Source: Eledone cirrhosa
Taxonomy: Eukaryota
Length of the DNA stretch: 64,000 bases
Direction of reading: 5' to 3'
NCBI GenBank assembly: GCA_964016885.1
Contig: OZ024755.1
Span: 43,462,001-43,526,000, forward strand
Below are positions 43,101 to 58,400 of the stretch, piece after piece. A model generated the notes under the pieces. It was not told where the DNA came from and ran no database searches. It worked only from the letters and a program-made list of their open reading frames with translations. A program made the position numbers and the translations under genes. Positions within the stretch are counted from its first letter, which is position 1. Each line of letters begins with the position of its first letter.

Positions 43101-45623
43101 AGAAAGAGTTCCTACTCTTTGCATACTAACACTATTAGAAAGAGTTCCTAATCTTTGCATACTCACACTATTAGAAAGAGTTCCTAATCTTTGCATACTC
43201 ATACTATTAGGAAGAGTTCCTAATCTTTGCATACTCACACTATTAGAAAGAGTTCCTAATCTTTGCATACTCACACTATTAGAAAGAGTTCCTAATCTTT
43301 ACATACTCACACTATTAGAAAGAGTTCCCAATCTTTGCATACTCACACTATTAGAAAGAGTTCCTAATCTTTGCAAACTCACACTATTAGAAAGAGTTCC
43401 TAATCTAATCTTTGCCTACATACGCTATTAGAGAATTCCTAATTTTTGCATACTCACACTATGAGAAAGAGTTCCTAATCTTAGCATACTCACACTACTA
43501 GAAATATTTCATAATCTTTGCATACTCACACTATTAGAAAGAGTTCCTAATCTTTGCCTACTAACACTATTAGAAAGAGTTCCTAATCTTTGCATACTCA
43601 CACTATTAGAAAGAGTTCCTAATCTTTGCATACTCACATTATTAGAAAGAGTTCTTATTCTTTGCATACTCACACTATTAGAAAAGTCCCTAATCTTTGC
43701 ATACTCACACTATTAGAAAGAATTCCTAATAATTGCATACTCACACTATTAGAAAGACTCCCTAATCTTTGTCTACTATCACTATTAGAAAGAGTTCCGA
43801 ATCTTTGCCTACTAACACTATTACAAAGAGTTCCCCATCTTTGCCTACTCACACTATTAGAAAGAGTTCCTAATCTTTGCACACTCACACTACTAGAAAT
43901 ATATCATAATCTTTGCATACTCACACTATTAGAAAGAGTTCCTAATATTTGCATACTCACACTATTAGAAAGAGTTCCCAATCTTTGCATACTCACACTA
44001 TTAGAAAGAGTTCTTAATATTTGCATACTCACACTATTAGAAAGAATTCCTAATAATTGCATACTCACACTATTAGAAAGAGTTCCTAATCTTTGCATAC
44101 TCACACTATTAGAAAGATTTCCCAATCTTTGCCTACTCACACTATTAGAAAGAGTTCCTAATATTTGCATACTCACGCTATTAGAAAGAGTTCCTAATCT
44201 TTTCCTACTAACACTTTTAGAAAGAGTTCCCTATCTTTTCCTACTAACACTATTAGAAATAGTTCCCAATCTTCGCCTACTAACACTATTAGAAAGAGTT
44301 CATAATCTTTGCTTACTCACACTATTAGAAAGAGTTCCTACTCTTTGCATACTAACACTATTAGAAAGAGTTCCTAATATTTTCATACTCACACTATTAG
44401 AAAGAGTTCCCAATCTTTGCATACTCACACTATTAGAAAGAGTTCCTAATCTTTGCAAACTCACACTATTAGAAAGAGTTCCTAATCTAATCTTTGCCTA
44501 CACACACTATTAGAAAGAGTTCCTAATTTTTGGATACTCACACTATGAGAAAGAGTTCCTAATCTTTGCATACTCACACTATTACAAAGAGTTCCCAATC
44601 TTTGCCTACTAACACTATTAGAAAGAGTTCCTAATCTTTGCATACTCACACAATTGGAAAGAGTTCCTAATTTTTGCATACTCACACTATTAGAAAGAGT
44701 TCTTAATATTTGCATACTCACACTATTAGAAAGACCGTAATCTTTGCATACTCACACTATTAGAAAGAATTCCTAATAATTGCATACTCACACTATTAGA
44801 AAGAGTTCCTAATCTTTGCATACTCACACTATTAGAAAGATTTCCCAATCTTTGCCTACTCACACTATTAGAAAGAGTTCCTAATCTTTGCATACTCACA
44901 CTATTAGAAAGAGTTCCTAATATTTGCATACTCACACTATTAGAAAGAGTTCCTAATCTTTTCCTACTAACACTTTTAGAAAGAGTTCCTTATCTTTTCC
45001 TACTAACACTATTAGAAAGAGTTCCCAATCTTCGCCTACTAACACTATTAGAAAGAGTTCATAATCTTTGCTTACTCACACTATTAGAAAGAGTTCCTAC
45101 TCTTTGCATACTAACACTATTAGAAAGAGTTCCTAATATTTGCATACTCACACTATTAGAAAGAGTTCCCAATCTTTGTATACTCACACTATTAGAAAGA
45201 GTTCCTAATCTTTGGAAACTCACACTATTAGAAAGAGTTCCTAATCTAATCTTTGCCTACACACACTATAGAAAGAGTTCCTAATTTTTGGATACTCACA
45301 CTATAAGAAAGAGTTCCTAATCTCTGCATACTCACACTATTACAAAGAGTTCCCAATCTTTGCCTACTCACACTATTAGAAAGAGTTCCTAATCTTTGCC
45401 TACTAACACTATTAGAAAGAGTCCCTAATCTTTGCATACTCACACTATTAGAAAGAGTTCCTAATCTTTCCATACTCACACTATTACAAAGAGTTCCCAA
45501 TCTTTGCCTACTCACACTTTTAGAAAGAGTTCCCAATCTTTGCCTACTCACACTATTAGAAAGAGTTCCTAATTTTTGCATACTCACATTATTAGAAAGA
45601 GTTCTTAATCTTTGCATACTCAC
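34187..45623. repeat. Near-perfect 5710-bp tandem duplication within the array
   Basis: Every ORF from 34257 to 39016 recurs at +5710. I noticed only one difference (C34881 vs G40591). The junction lies within about 39897-39913. Confidence 0.93.
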
Positions 45624-45879
45624 TCTATTAGAAAGAGTTCCTAATCTTTCCCTACTAACACTATTAGAAAGACTTCCTAATCTTTGCATACTCACAGTAT
45701 TAGAAAGACTTACTAATCTTTGCATAATCACACCATTAGAAAGAGTTCCTAATCTTTGCATACTCACACTATTAGAAAGAGTTCCCAATCTTTGCATACT
45801 CACACTATTAGAAAGAGTTCCTAATCTTTGCCTACTAACACTATTAGAAAGAGTTCCTAATCTTTGCCTACTAACACTA

Positions 45880-48800
45880 TTAGAAAGAGTTCCTAATCTT
45901 TGCATACTCACACTATTAGAAAGAGTTCCTAATCTTTGCATACTCACACTATAACAAAGAGATCACAATCTTTGCCTACTCACACTATTAGAAAGAGTTC
46001 CTAATCTTTGCATACTCACACTATTAGAAAGAGTTCCTAATCTTTGCCTACTAACACTATTAGAAAGAGTTCCTAATCTTTGCATACTCACACAATTGGA
46101 AAGAGTTCCTAATCTTTGCATACTCACACTATTAGAAAGAGTTCTTATTCTTTGCATACTCACACTATTAGAAAGAGTCCCCAATCTTTGCCTACTCACA
46201 CTATTAGAAAGAGTTCCTAATCTTTGCATACTCACACTATTAGAAAGAGTTCCTAATATTTGCATACTCACACTATTAGAAAGAGTTCCTAATCTTTTGC
46301 TACTAACACTTTTAGAAAGAGTTCCTTATCTTTTCCTACTAACACTATTAGAAAGAGTTCCCAATCTTCGCCTACTAACACTATTAGAAAGAGTTCATAA
46401 TCTTTGCTTACTCACACTATTAGAAAGAGTTCCTACCCTTTGCATACTAACACTATTAGAAAGAGTTCCTAATATTTGCATACTCACACTATTAGAAAGA
46501 GTTCCCAATCTTTGCATACTCACACTATTAGAAAGAGTTCCTAATCTTTGCAAACTCACACTATTAGAAAGAGTTCCTAATCTAATCTTTGCCTACACAC
46601 ACTATTAGAAAGAGTTCCTAATTTTTGGATACTCACACTATGAGAAAGAGTTCCTAATCTTTGCATACTCACACTATTACAAAGAGTTCCCAATCTTTGC
46701 CTACTCACACTATTAGAAAGAGTTCCTAATCTTTGCCTACTAACACTATTAGAAAGAGTCCCTAATCTTTGCATACTCACACTATTAGAAAGAGTTCCTA
46801 ATCTTTCCATACTCACACTATTACAAAGAGTTCCCAATCTTTGCCTACTCACACTTTTAGAAAGAGTTCCTTATCTTTTCCTACTAACACTATTAGAAAG
46901 AGTTCCTAATCTTTGCCTACTAACACTATTAGAAAGAGTTCCTAATCTTTGCCTACTAACACTATTAGAAAGAGTTCCTAATCTTTGCATACTCACACTA
47001 TTAGAAAGAGTTCCTAATCTTTGCATACTCACACTATTACAAAGAGATCCTAATCTTTGCCTACTCACACTATTAGAAAGAGTTCCTCATCTTTGCATAC
47101 TCACACTATTAGAAAGAGTTCCTAATCTTTGCCTACTAACACTATTAGAAAGAGTTCCTAATCTTTGCATACTCACACAATTGGAGAGAGTTCCTAATCT
47201 TTGCATACTCACACTATTAGAAAGAGTTCTTAATATTTGCATACTCACACTATTAGAAAGAGTCCGTAATCTTTGCATACTCACACTATTAGAAAGAATT
47301 CCTAATAATTGCATACTCACACTATTAGAAAGAGTTCCTAATCTTTGCATACTCACACTATTAGAAAGATTTCCCAATCTTTGCCTACTCACACTATTAG
47401 AAAGAGTTCCTAATCTTTGCATACTCACACTATTAGAAAGAGTTCCTAATATTTGCATACTCACGCTATTAGAAAGAGTTCCTAATCTTTTCCTACTAAC
47501 ACTTTTAGAAAGAGTTCCTTATCTTTCCTACTAACACTATTAGAAATAGTTCCCAATCTTCGCCTACTAACACTATTAGAAAGAGTTCATAATCTTTGCT
47601 TACTCACACTATTAGAAAGAGTTCCTACTCTTTGCATACTAACACTATTAGAAAGAGTTCCTAATATTTGCATACTCACACTATTAGAAAGAGTTCCCAA
47701 TCTTTGCATACTCACACTATTAGAAAGAGTTCCTAATCTTTGCAAAATCACACTATTAGAAAGAGTTCCTAATCTAATATTTGCCTACACACACTATTAG
47801 AAAGAGTTCCTAATTTTTGGATACTCACACTATGAGAAACAGTTCCTAATCTTTGCATACTCACACTATTACAAAGAGTTCCCAATCTTTGCCTACTCAC
47901 ACTATTAGAAAGAGTTCCTAATTTTTGCATACTCACATTATTAGAAAGAGTTCTTAATCTTTGCATACTCACTCTATTAGAAAGAGTTCCTAATCTTTCC
48001 CTACTAACACTATTAGAAAGACTTCCTAATCTTTGCATACTCACAGTATTAGAAAGACTTACTAATCTTTGCATACTCACACTATTAGAAAGAGTTCCTA
48101 ATCTTTGCATACTCACACTATTAGAAAGAGTTCCCAATCTTTGCATACTCACACTATTAGAAAGAGTTCCTAATCTTTGCCTACTAACACTATTAGAAAG
48201 AGTTCTTAATCTTTGCCTACTAACACTATTAGAAAGAGTTCCTAATCTTTGCATACTCACACTATTAGAAAGAGTTCCTAATCTTTGCATACTCACACTA
48301 TAACAAAGAGATCACAATCTTTGCCTACTCACACTATTAGAAAGAGTTCCTAATCTTTGCATACTCACACTATTAGAAAGAGTTCCTAATCTTTGCCTAC
48401 TAACACTATTAGAAAGAGTTCCTAATCTTTGCATACTCACACAATTGGAAAGAGTTCCTAATCTTTGCATACTCACTATTAGAAAGAGTTCTTATTCTTT
48501 GCATACTCACACTATTAGAAAGAGTCCCTAATCTTTGCATACTCACACTATTAGAAAGAATTCCTAATAATTGCATACTCACACTATTAGAAAGAGTTCC
48601 TAATCTTTGCATACTCACACTATTAAAAAGATTTCCCAATCTTTGCCTACTCACACTATTAGAAAGAGTTCCTAATCTTTGCATACTCACACTATTAGAA
48701 AGAGTTCCTAATATTTGCATACTCACACTATTAGAAAGAGTTCCTAATCTTCTCCTACTAACACTTTTAGAAAGAGTTCCTTATCTTTTCCTACTAACAC

Positions 48801-51800
48801 TATTAGAAAGATTTCCCGATCTTTGCCTACTCACACTATTAGAAAGATTTCCTAATCTTTGCATACTCACACTATTAGAAAGAGTTCCTAATATTTGCAT
48901 ACTAACACTATTAGAAAGAGTTCATAATCTTTGCCTACACACACTATTAGAAAGAGTTCCTAATATTTGCATACTCACACTATTAGAAAGATTTCCTAAT
49001 CTAATCTTTGCCTACACACACTATTAGAAAGAGTTCCTAATCTTTGCCTACTAACACTATTAGAAAGAGTTCCTAATATTTGCATACTCACACTATTAGA
49101 AAGATTTCCTAATCTAATCTTTGCCTACACACACTATTAGAAAGAGTTCCTAATCTTTTCCTACTAACACTTTTAGAAAGAGTTCCTTATCTTTGCCTAC
49201 TAACACTATTAGAAAGAGTTCCTAATCTTTGCATACTCACACTATTAGAAAGAGTTCCTAATCTTTGCATACTCACACTATAACAAAGAGATCACAATCT
49301 TTGCTTACTCACACTATTAGAAAGAGTTCCTAATCTTTGCATACTCACACTATTAGAAAGAGTTCCTAATCTTTGCCTACTAACACTATTAGAAAGAGTT
49401 CCTAATCTTTGCATACTCACACAATTGGAAAGAGTTCCTAATCTTTGCATACTCACACTATTAGAAAGAGTTCTTATTCTTTGCATACTCACACTATTAG
49501 AAAGAGTCCCCAATCTTTGCCTACTCACACTATTAGAAAGAGTTCCTAATCTTTGCATACTCACACTATTAGAAAGAGTTCCTAATATTTGCATACTCAC
49601 ACTATTAGAAAGAGTTCCTAATCTTTTCCTACTAACACTTTTAGAAAGAGTTCCTTATCTTTTCCTACTAACACTATTAGAAAGAGTTCCCAATCTTCGC
49701 CTACTAACACTATTAGAAAGAGTTCATAATCTTTGCTTACTCACACTATTAGAAAGAGTTCCTACTCTTTGCATACTAACACTATTAGAAAGAGTTCCTA
49801 ATATTTGCATACTCACACTATTAGAAAGAGTTCCCAATCTTTGCATACTCACACTATTAGAAAGAGTTCCTAATCTTTGCAAACTCACACTATTAGAAAG
49901 AGTTCCTAATCTAATCTTTGCCTACACACACTATTAGAAAGAGTTCCTAATTTTTGGATACTCACACTATGAGAAAGAGTTCCTAATCTTTGCATACTCA
50001 CACTATTACAAAGAGTTCCCAATCTTTGCCTACTCACACTATTAGAAAGAGTTCCTAATCTTTGCCTACTAACACTATTAGAAAGAGTCCCTAATCTTTG
50101 CATACTCACACTATTAGAAAGAGTTCCTAATCTTTCCATACTCACACTATTACAAAGAGTTCCCAATCTTTGCCTACTCACACTTTTAGAAAGAGTTCCT
50201 TATCTTTTCCTACTAACACTATTAGAAAGAGTTCCTAATCTTTGCCTACTAACACTATTAGAAAGAGTTCCTAATCTTTGCCTACTAACACTATTAGAAA
50301 GAGTTCCTAATCTTTGCATACTCACACTATTAGAAAGAGTTCCTAATCTTTGCATACTCACACTATTACAAAGAGATCCCAATCTTTGCCTACTCACACT
50401 ATTAGAAAGAGTTCCTCATCTTTGCATACTCACACTATTAGAAAGAGTTCCTAATCTTTGCCTACTAACACTATTAGAAAGAGTTCCTAATCTTTGCATA
50501 CTCACACAATTGGAGAGAGTTCCTAATCTTTGCATAATCACACTATTAGAAAGAGTTCTTAATATTTGCATACTCACACTATTAGAAAGAGTCCGTAATC
50601 TTTGCATACTCACACTATTAGAAAGAATTCCTAATAATTGCATACTCACACTATAAGAAAGAGTTCCTAATCTTTGCATACTCACACTATTAGAAATATT
50701 TCCCAATCTTTGCCTACTCACACTATTAGAAAGAGTTCCTAATCTTTGCATACTCACACTATTAGAAAGAGTTCCTAATATTTGCATACTCACGCTATTA
50801 GAAAGAGTTCCTAATCTTTTCCTACTAACACTTTTAGAAAGAGTTCCTTATCTTTTCCTACTAACACTATTAGAAATAGTTCCCAATCTTCGCCTACTAA
50901 CACTATTAGAAAGAGTTCATAATCTTTGCTTACTCACACTATTAGAAAGAGTTCCTACTCTTTGCATACTAACACTATTAGAAAGAGTTCCTAATATTTG
51001 CATACTCACACTATTAGAAAGAGTTCCCAATCTTTGCATACTCACACTATTAGAAAGAGTTCCTAATCTTTGCAAAATCACACTATTAGAAAGAGTTCCT
51101 AATCTAATATTTGCCTACACACACTATTAGAAAGAGTTCCTAATTTTTGGATACTCACACTATGAGAAACAGTTCCTAATCTTTGCATACTCACACTATT
51201 ACAAAGAGTTCCCAATCTTTGCCTACTCACACTATTAGAAAGAGTTCCTAATTTTTGCATACTCACATTATTAGAAAGAGTTCTTAATCTTTGCATACTC
51301 ACTCTATTAGAAAGAGTTCCTAATCTTTCCCTACTAACACTATTAGAAAGACTTCCTAATCTTTGCATACTCACAGTATTAGAAAGACTTACTAATCTTT
51401 GCATACTCACACTATTAGAAAGAGTTCCTAATCTTTGCCTACTAACACTATTAGAAAGAGTTCTTAATCTTTGCCTACTAACACTATTAGAAAGAGTTCC
51501 TAATCTTTGCATACTCACACTATTAGAAAGAGTTCCTAATCTTTGCATACTCACACTATAACAAAGAGATCACAATCTTTGCCTACTCACACTATTAGAA
51601 AGAGTTCCTAATCTTTGCATACTCACACTATTAGAAAGAGTTCCTAATCTTTGCCTACTAACACTATTAGAAAGAGTTCCTAATCTTTGCATACTCACAC
51701 AATTGGAAAGAGTTCCTAATCTTTGCATACTCACACTATTAGAAAGAGTTCTTATTCTTTGCATACTCACACTATTAGAAAGAGTCCCTAATCTTTGCAT

Positions 51801-52400
51801 ACTCACACTATTAGAAAGAATTCCTAATAATTGCATACTCACACTATTAGAAAGAGTTCCTAATCTTTGCATACTCACACTATTAAAAAGATTTCCCAAT
51901 CTTTGCCTACTCACACTATTAGAAAGAGTTCCTAATCTTTGCATACTCACACTATTAGAAAGAGTTCCTAATCTTCTCCTACTAACACTTTTAGAAAGAG
52001 TTCCTTATCTTTTCCTACTAACACTATTAGAAAGATTTCCCGATCTTTGCCTACTCACACTATTAGAAAGATTTCCTAATCTTTGCATACTCACACTATT
52101 AGAAAGAGTTCCTAATATTTGCATACTAACACTATTAGAAAGAGTTCATAATCTTTGCCTACTCACACTATTAGAAAGAGTTCCTAATATTTGCATACTC
52201 ACACTATTAGAAAGATTTCCTAATCTAATCTTTGCCTACACACACTATTAGAAAGAGTTCCTAATCTTTGCCTACTAACACTATTAGAAAGAGTTCCTAA
52301 TATTTGCATACTCACACTATTAGAAAGATTTCCTAATCTAATCTTTGCCTACACACACTATTAGAAAGAGTTCCTAATCTTTTCCTACTAACACTTTTAG
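45880..52400. repeat. Older ~3.33-kb tandem duplication within the array
   Basis: Offsets of 3329/3330 (45963/49292, 46577/49906, 47087/50416, 47769/51099). Shared variants GCAAAATCAC, CTAATCTAATATT and GAGAAACAG. The copies differ by several SNPs and monomer gains or losses. Boundaries approximate. Confidence 0.82.
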
Positions 52401-55400
52401 AAAGAGTTCCTTATCTTTTCCTACTAACACTATTAGAAAGAGTTCCCAATCTTCGCCTACTAACACTATTAGAAAGAGTTCCTAATCTTTGCATACTCAC
52501 ACTATTAGAAAGAGTTCCTACTCTTTGCATACTAACACTATTAGAAAGAGTTCCTAATCTTTGCATACTCACACTATTAGAAAGAGTTCCTAATCTTTGC
52601 ATACTCATACTATTAGGAAGAGTTCCTAATCTTTGCATACTCACACTATTAGAAAGAGTTCCTAATCTTTGCATACTCACACTATTAGAAAGAGTTCCCA
52701 ATCTTTTCATACTCACACTATTAGAAAGAGTTCCTAATCTTTGCAAACTCACACTATTAGAAAGAGTTCCTAATCTAATCTTTGCCTACACACACTATTA
52801 GAAAGAGTTCCTAATTTTTGGATACTCACACTATTAGAAAGAGTTCCTAATCTTTGCATACTCACACTATTACAAAGAGTTCCCAATCTTTGCCTACTCA
52901 CACTATTAGGAAGAGTTCCTAATCTTTGCCTACTAACACTATTAGAAAGAGTCCCTAATCTTTGCATACTCACACTATTAGAAAGAGTTCCTAATCTTTG
53001 CATACTCACACTATTACAAAGAGTTCCCAATCTTTGCCTACTCACACTTTTAGAAAGACTTCCTTATCTTTTCCTACTAACACTATTAGAAAGAGTTCCT
53101 AATCTTCGCCTACTAACACTATTAGAAAGAGTTCATAATCTTTGCATACTCACACTATTAGAAAGAGTTCTTAATCTTTGCATACTCACACTATTAGAAA
53201 GATTTTCTAATCTTTGCTACTCACACTATTAGAAAGAGTTCCTAATCTTTGCATACTCACACTATTAGAAAGAGTTGCTAATCTTTGCATACTCACACTA
53301 TTAGAAAGATTTCCTAATCTTTTCCTACTAACACTATTAGAAAGAGTTCCTAATCTTTGCCCACTCACACTATTAGAAAGAGTTCTTAATCTTTGCATAC
53401 TTACACTATTACAAAGAGTTCTTAATCTTTGCATACTCACACTATTAGAAAGATTTTCTAATCTTTGCTACTCACACTATTAGAAAGAGTTCCTAATCTT
53501 TGCATACTCACACTATTAGAAAGAGTTCCTAATATTTGCATACTCACACTATTAGAAAGATTTCCTAATCTAATCTTTGCCTACACACACTATTAGAAAG
53601 AGTTCCTAATCTTTTCCTACTAACACTTTTAGAAAGAGTTCCTTATCTTTTCCAACTAACACTATTAGAAAGAGTTCCCAACCTTCGCCTACTAACACTA
53701 TTAGAAAGAGTTCCTAATCTTTGCATACTCACACTATTAGAAAGAGTTCCTACTCTTTGCATACTAACACTATTAGAAAGAGTTCCTAATCTTTGCATAC
53801 TCACACTATTAGAAAGAGTTCCTAATCTTTGCATACTCATACTATTAGGAAGAGTTCCTAATCTTTGCATACTCACACTATTAGAAAGAGTTCCTAATCT
53901 TTGCATACTCACACTATTAGAAAGAGTTCCCAATCTTTGCATACTCACACTATTAGAAAGAGTTCCTAATCTTTGCAAACTCACACTATTAGAAAGAGTT
54001 CCTAATCTAATCTTTGCCTACACACACTATTAGAAAGAGTTCCTAATTTTTGGATACTCACACTATTAGGAAGAGTTCCTAATCTTTGCCTACTAACACT
54101 ATTAGAAAGAGTCCCTAATCTTTGCATACTCACACTATTAGAAAGAGTTCCTAATCTTTGCATACTCACACTATTACAAAGAGTTCCCAATCTTTGCCTA
54201 CTCACACTTTTAGAAAGACTTCCTTATCTTTTCCTACTAACACTATTAGAAAGAGTTCCTAATCTTCGCCTACTAACACTATTAGAAAGAGTTCATAATC
54301 TTTGCATACTCACACTATTAGAAAGAGTTCTTAATCTTTGCATACTCACACTATTAGAAAGATTTTCTAATCTTTGCTACTCACACTATTAGAAAGAGTT
54401 CCTAATCTTTGCATACTCACACTATTAGAAAGAGTTGCTAATCTTTGCATACTCACACTATTAGAAAGATTTCCTAATCTTTTCCTACTAACACTATTAG
54501 AAAGAGTTCCTAATCTTTGCCTACTCACACTATTAGAAAGAGTTCCTAATCTTTGCATACTTACACTATTACAAAGAGTTCTTAATCTTTGCATACTCAC
54601 ACTATTAGAAAGATTTTCTAATCTTTGCTACTCACACTATTAGAAAGAGTTCCTAATCTTTGCATACTCACACTATTAGAAAGAGTTCCTAATCTTTTCC
54701 TACTCACACTATTAGAAAGAGTTCCTAATCTTTACATACTCACACTATTAGAAAGAGTTCCTAATCTTTGCATACTCACACTATTAGAAAGAGTTCCTAA
54801 TCTTTACATACTCACACTATTAGAAAGAGTTCCCAATCTTTGCATACTCACACTATTAGAAAGAGTTCCTAATCTTTGCAAACTCACACTATTACAAAGA
54901 GTTCCTAATCTAATCTTTGCCTACATACACTATTAGAGAATTCCTAATTTTTGCATACTCACACTATGAGAAAGAGTTCCTAATCTTAGCATACTCACAC
55001 TACTAGAAATATTTCATAATCTTTGCATACTCACACTATTAGAAAGAGTTCCTAATCTTTGCCTACTAACACTATTAGAAGGAGTTCCTAATCTTTGCAT
55101 ACTCACACTATTAGAAAGAGTTCCCAATCTTTGCATACTCACATTATTAGAAAGAGTTCTTATTCTTTGCATACTCACACTATTAGAAAAGTCCCTAATC
55201 TTTGCATACTCACACTATTAGAAAGAATTCCTAATAATTGCATACTCACACTATTAGAAAGACTCCCTAATCTTTGTCTACTATCACTATTAGAAAGAGT
55301 TCCGAATCTTTGCCTACTAACACTATTACAAAGAGTTCCCAATCTTTGCCTACTCACACTATTAGAAAGAGTTCCTAATCTTTGCACACTCACACTACTA

Positions 55401-58400
55401 GAAATATATCATAATCTTTGCATACTCACACTATTAGAAAGAGTTCCTAATATTTGCATACTCACACTATTAGAAAGAGTTCCTTATCTTTTCCTACTAA
55501 CACTATTAGAAAGAGATCCTAATCTTTTCCTACTAACACTATTAGAAAGAGTTCCCAATCTTTGCCTACTAACACTATTAGAAAGAGTTCCTAATCTGTG
55601 CATACTCACACTATTAGAATGAGTTCATAATTTTTGAATACTAACACTCTTAGAAAGAGTTCCTAATCTTTGCATACTCACACTATTAGAAAGATTTCCC
55701 AATCTTTGCATACTCACACTATTAGAAAGACCTCTCAATCTTTGCATACTCACACTATTAGAAAGAGTTCCTAATCTTTGCATACTCACACTATTAGAAA
55801 GAGTTCCTAATCTTTTCCTATTAACACTATTAGAAAGAGTTCCTAATCTTTTCCTACTAACACTATTAGAAAGAGTTCCTAATCTTTGCCTACTCACACT
55901 ATTAGAAAGAGTTCTTAATCTTTGCATACTCACACTATTAGAAAGATTTTCTAATCTTTGCTACTCACACTATTAGAAAGAGTTCCTAATCTTTGCATAC
56001 TTACACTATTAGAAAGAGTTGCTAATCTTTGCCTACTCACACTATTAGAAAGAGTTCCTAATCTTTGCATACTCACACTATTAGAAAGAGTTCCTAATCT
56101 AATCTTTGCCTACACACACTATTAGAAAGAGTTCCTAATCTTTGCCTACTAACACTATTAGAAAGAGTTCCTAATATTTGCATACTAACACTATTAGAAA
56201 GAGTTCATAATCTTTGCCTACTCACACTATTAGAAAGAGTTCCTAATATTTGCATACTCACACTATTAGAAAGATTTCCTAATCTAATCTTTGCCTACAC
56301 ACACTATTAGAAAGAGTTCCTAATCTTTGCCTACTAACACTATTAGAAAGAGTTCCTAATATTTGCATACTCACACTATTAGAAAGATTTCCTAATCTAA
56401 TCTTTGCCTACACACACTATTAGAAAGAGTTCCTAATCTTTTCCTACTAACACTTTTAGAAAGAGTTCCTTATCTTTCCCAACTAACACTATTAGAAAGA
56501 GTTCCCAACCTTCGCCTACTAACACTATTAGAAAGAGTTCCTAATCTTTGCATACTCACACTATTAGAAAGAGTTCCTACTCTTTGCATACTAACACTAT
56601 TAGAAAGAGTTCCTAATCTTTGCATACTCACACTATTAGAAAGAGTTCCTAATCTTTGCATACTCATACTATTAGGAAGAGTTCCTAATCTTTGCATACT
56701 CACACTATTAGAAAGAGTTCCTAATCTTTGCATACTCACACTATTAGAAAGAGTTCCCAATCTTTGCATACTCACACTATTAGAAAGAGTTCCTAATCTT
56801 TGCAAACTCACACTATTAGAAAGAGTTCCTAATCTAATCTTTGCCTACACACACTATTAGAAAGAGTTCCTAATTTTTGGATACTCACACTATTAGAAAG
56901 AGTTCCTAATCTTTGCATACTCACACTATTACAAAGAGTTCCCAATCTTTGCCTACTCACACTATTAGGAAGAGTTCCTAATCTTTGCCTACTAACACTA
57001 TTAGAAAGAGTCCCTAATCTTTGCATACTCACACTATTAGAAAGAGTTCCTAATCTTTGCATACTCACACTATTACAAAGAGTTCCCAATCTTTGCCTAC
57101 TCACACTTTTAGAAAGACTTCCTTATCTTTTCCTACTAACACTATTAGAAAGAGTTCCTAATCTTCGCCTACTAACACTATTAGAAAGAGTTCATAATCT
57201 TTGCATACTCACACTATTAGAAAGAGTTCTTAATCTTTGCATACTCACACTATTAGAAAGATTTTCTAATCTTTGCTACTCACACTATTAGAAAGAGTTC
57301 CTAATCTTTGCATACTCACACTATTAGAAAGAGTTGCTAATCTTTGCATACTCACACTATTAGAAAGATTTCCTAATCTTTTCCTACTAACACTATTAGA
57401 AAGAGTTCCTAATCTTTGCCTACTCACACTATTAGAAAGAGTTCCTAATCTTTGCATACTTACACTATTACAAAGAGTTCTTAATCTTTGCATACTCACA
57501 CTATTAGAAAGATTTTCTAATCTTTGCTACTCACACTATTAGAAAGAGTTCCTAATCTTTGCATACTCACACTATTAGAAAGAGTTCCTAATCTTTTCCT
57601 ACTCACACTATTAGAAAGAGTTCCTAATCTTTGCATACTCACACTATTAGAAAGAGTTCCTAATCTTTGCATACTCACACTATTAGAAAGAGTTCCTAAT
57701 CTTTACATACTCACACTATTAGAAAGAGTTCCCAATCTTTGCATACTCACACTATTAGAAAGAGTTCCTAATCTTTGCAAACTCACACTATTACAAAGAG
57801 TTCCTCATCTAATCTTTGCCTACATACACTATTAGAGAATTCCTAATTTTTGCATACTCACACTATGAGAAAGAGTTCCTAATCTTAGCATACTCACACT
57901 ACTAGAAATATTTCATAATCTTTGCATACTCACACTATTAGAAAGAGTTCCTAATCTTTGCCTACTAACACTATTAGAAAGAGTTCCTAATCTTTGCATA
58001 CTCACACTATTAGAAAGAGTTCCTAATCTTTGCATACTCACATTATTAGAAAGAGTTCCCAATCTTTGCATACTCACACTATTACAAAGAGTTCTTAATC
58101 TTTGCATACTCACACTATTAGAAAGATTTTCTAATCTTTGCTACTCACACTATTAGAAAGAGTTCCTAATCTTTGCATACTCACACTATTAGAAAGAGTT
58201 GCTAATCTTTGCATACTCACACTATTAGAAAGATTTCCCAATCTTTGCATACTCACACTATTAGAAAGACTTCCTAATCTTTTCCTACTAACACTATTAG
58301 AAACATTCCTTATCTTTGCATACTCACACTATTAGAAAGAGTTCCTAATCTTTGCATACTCACACTATTAGAAAGAATTCCTAATAATTGCATACTCACA

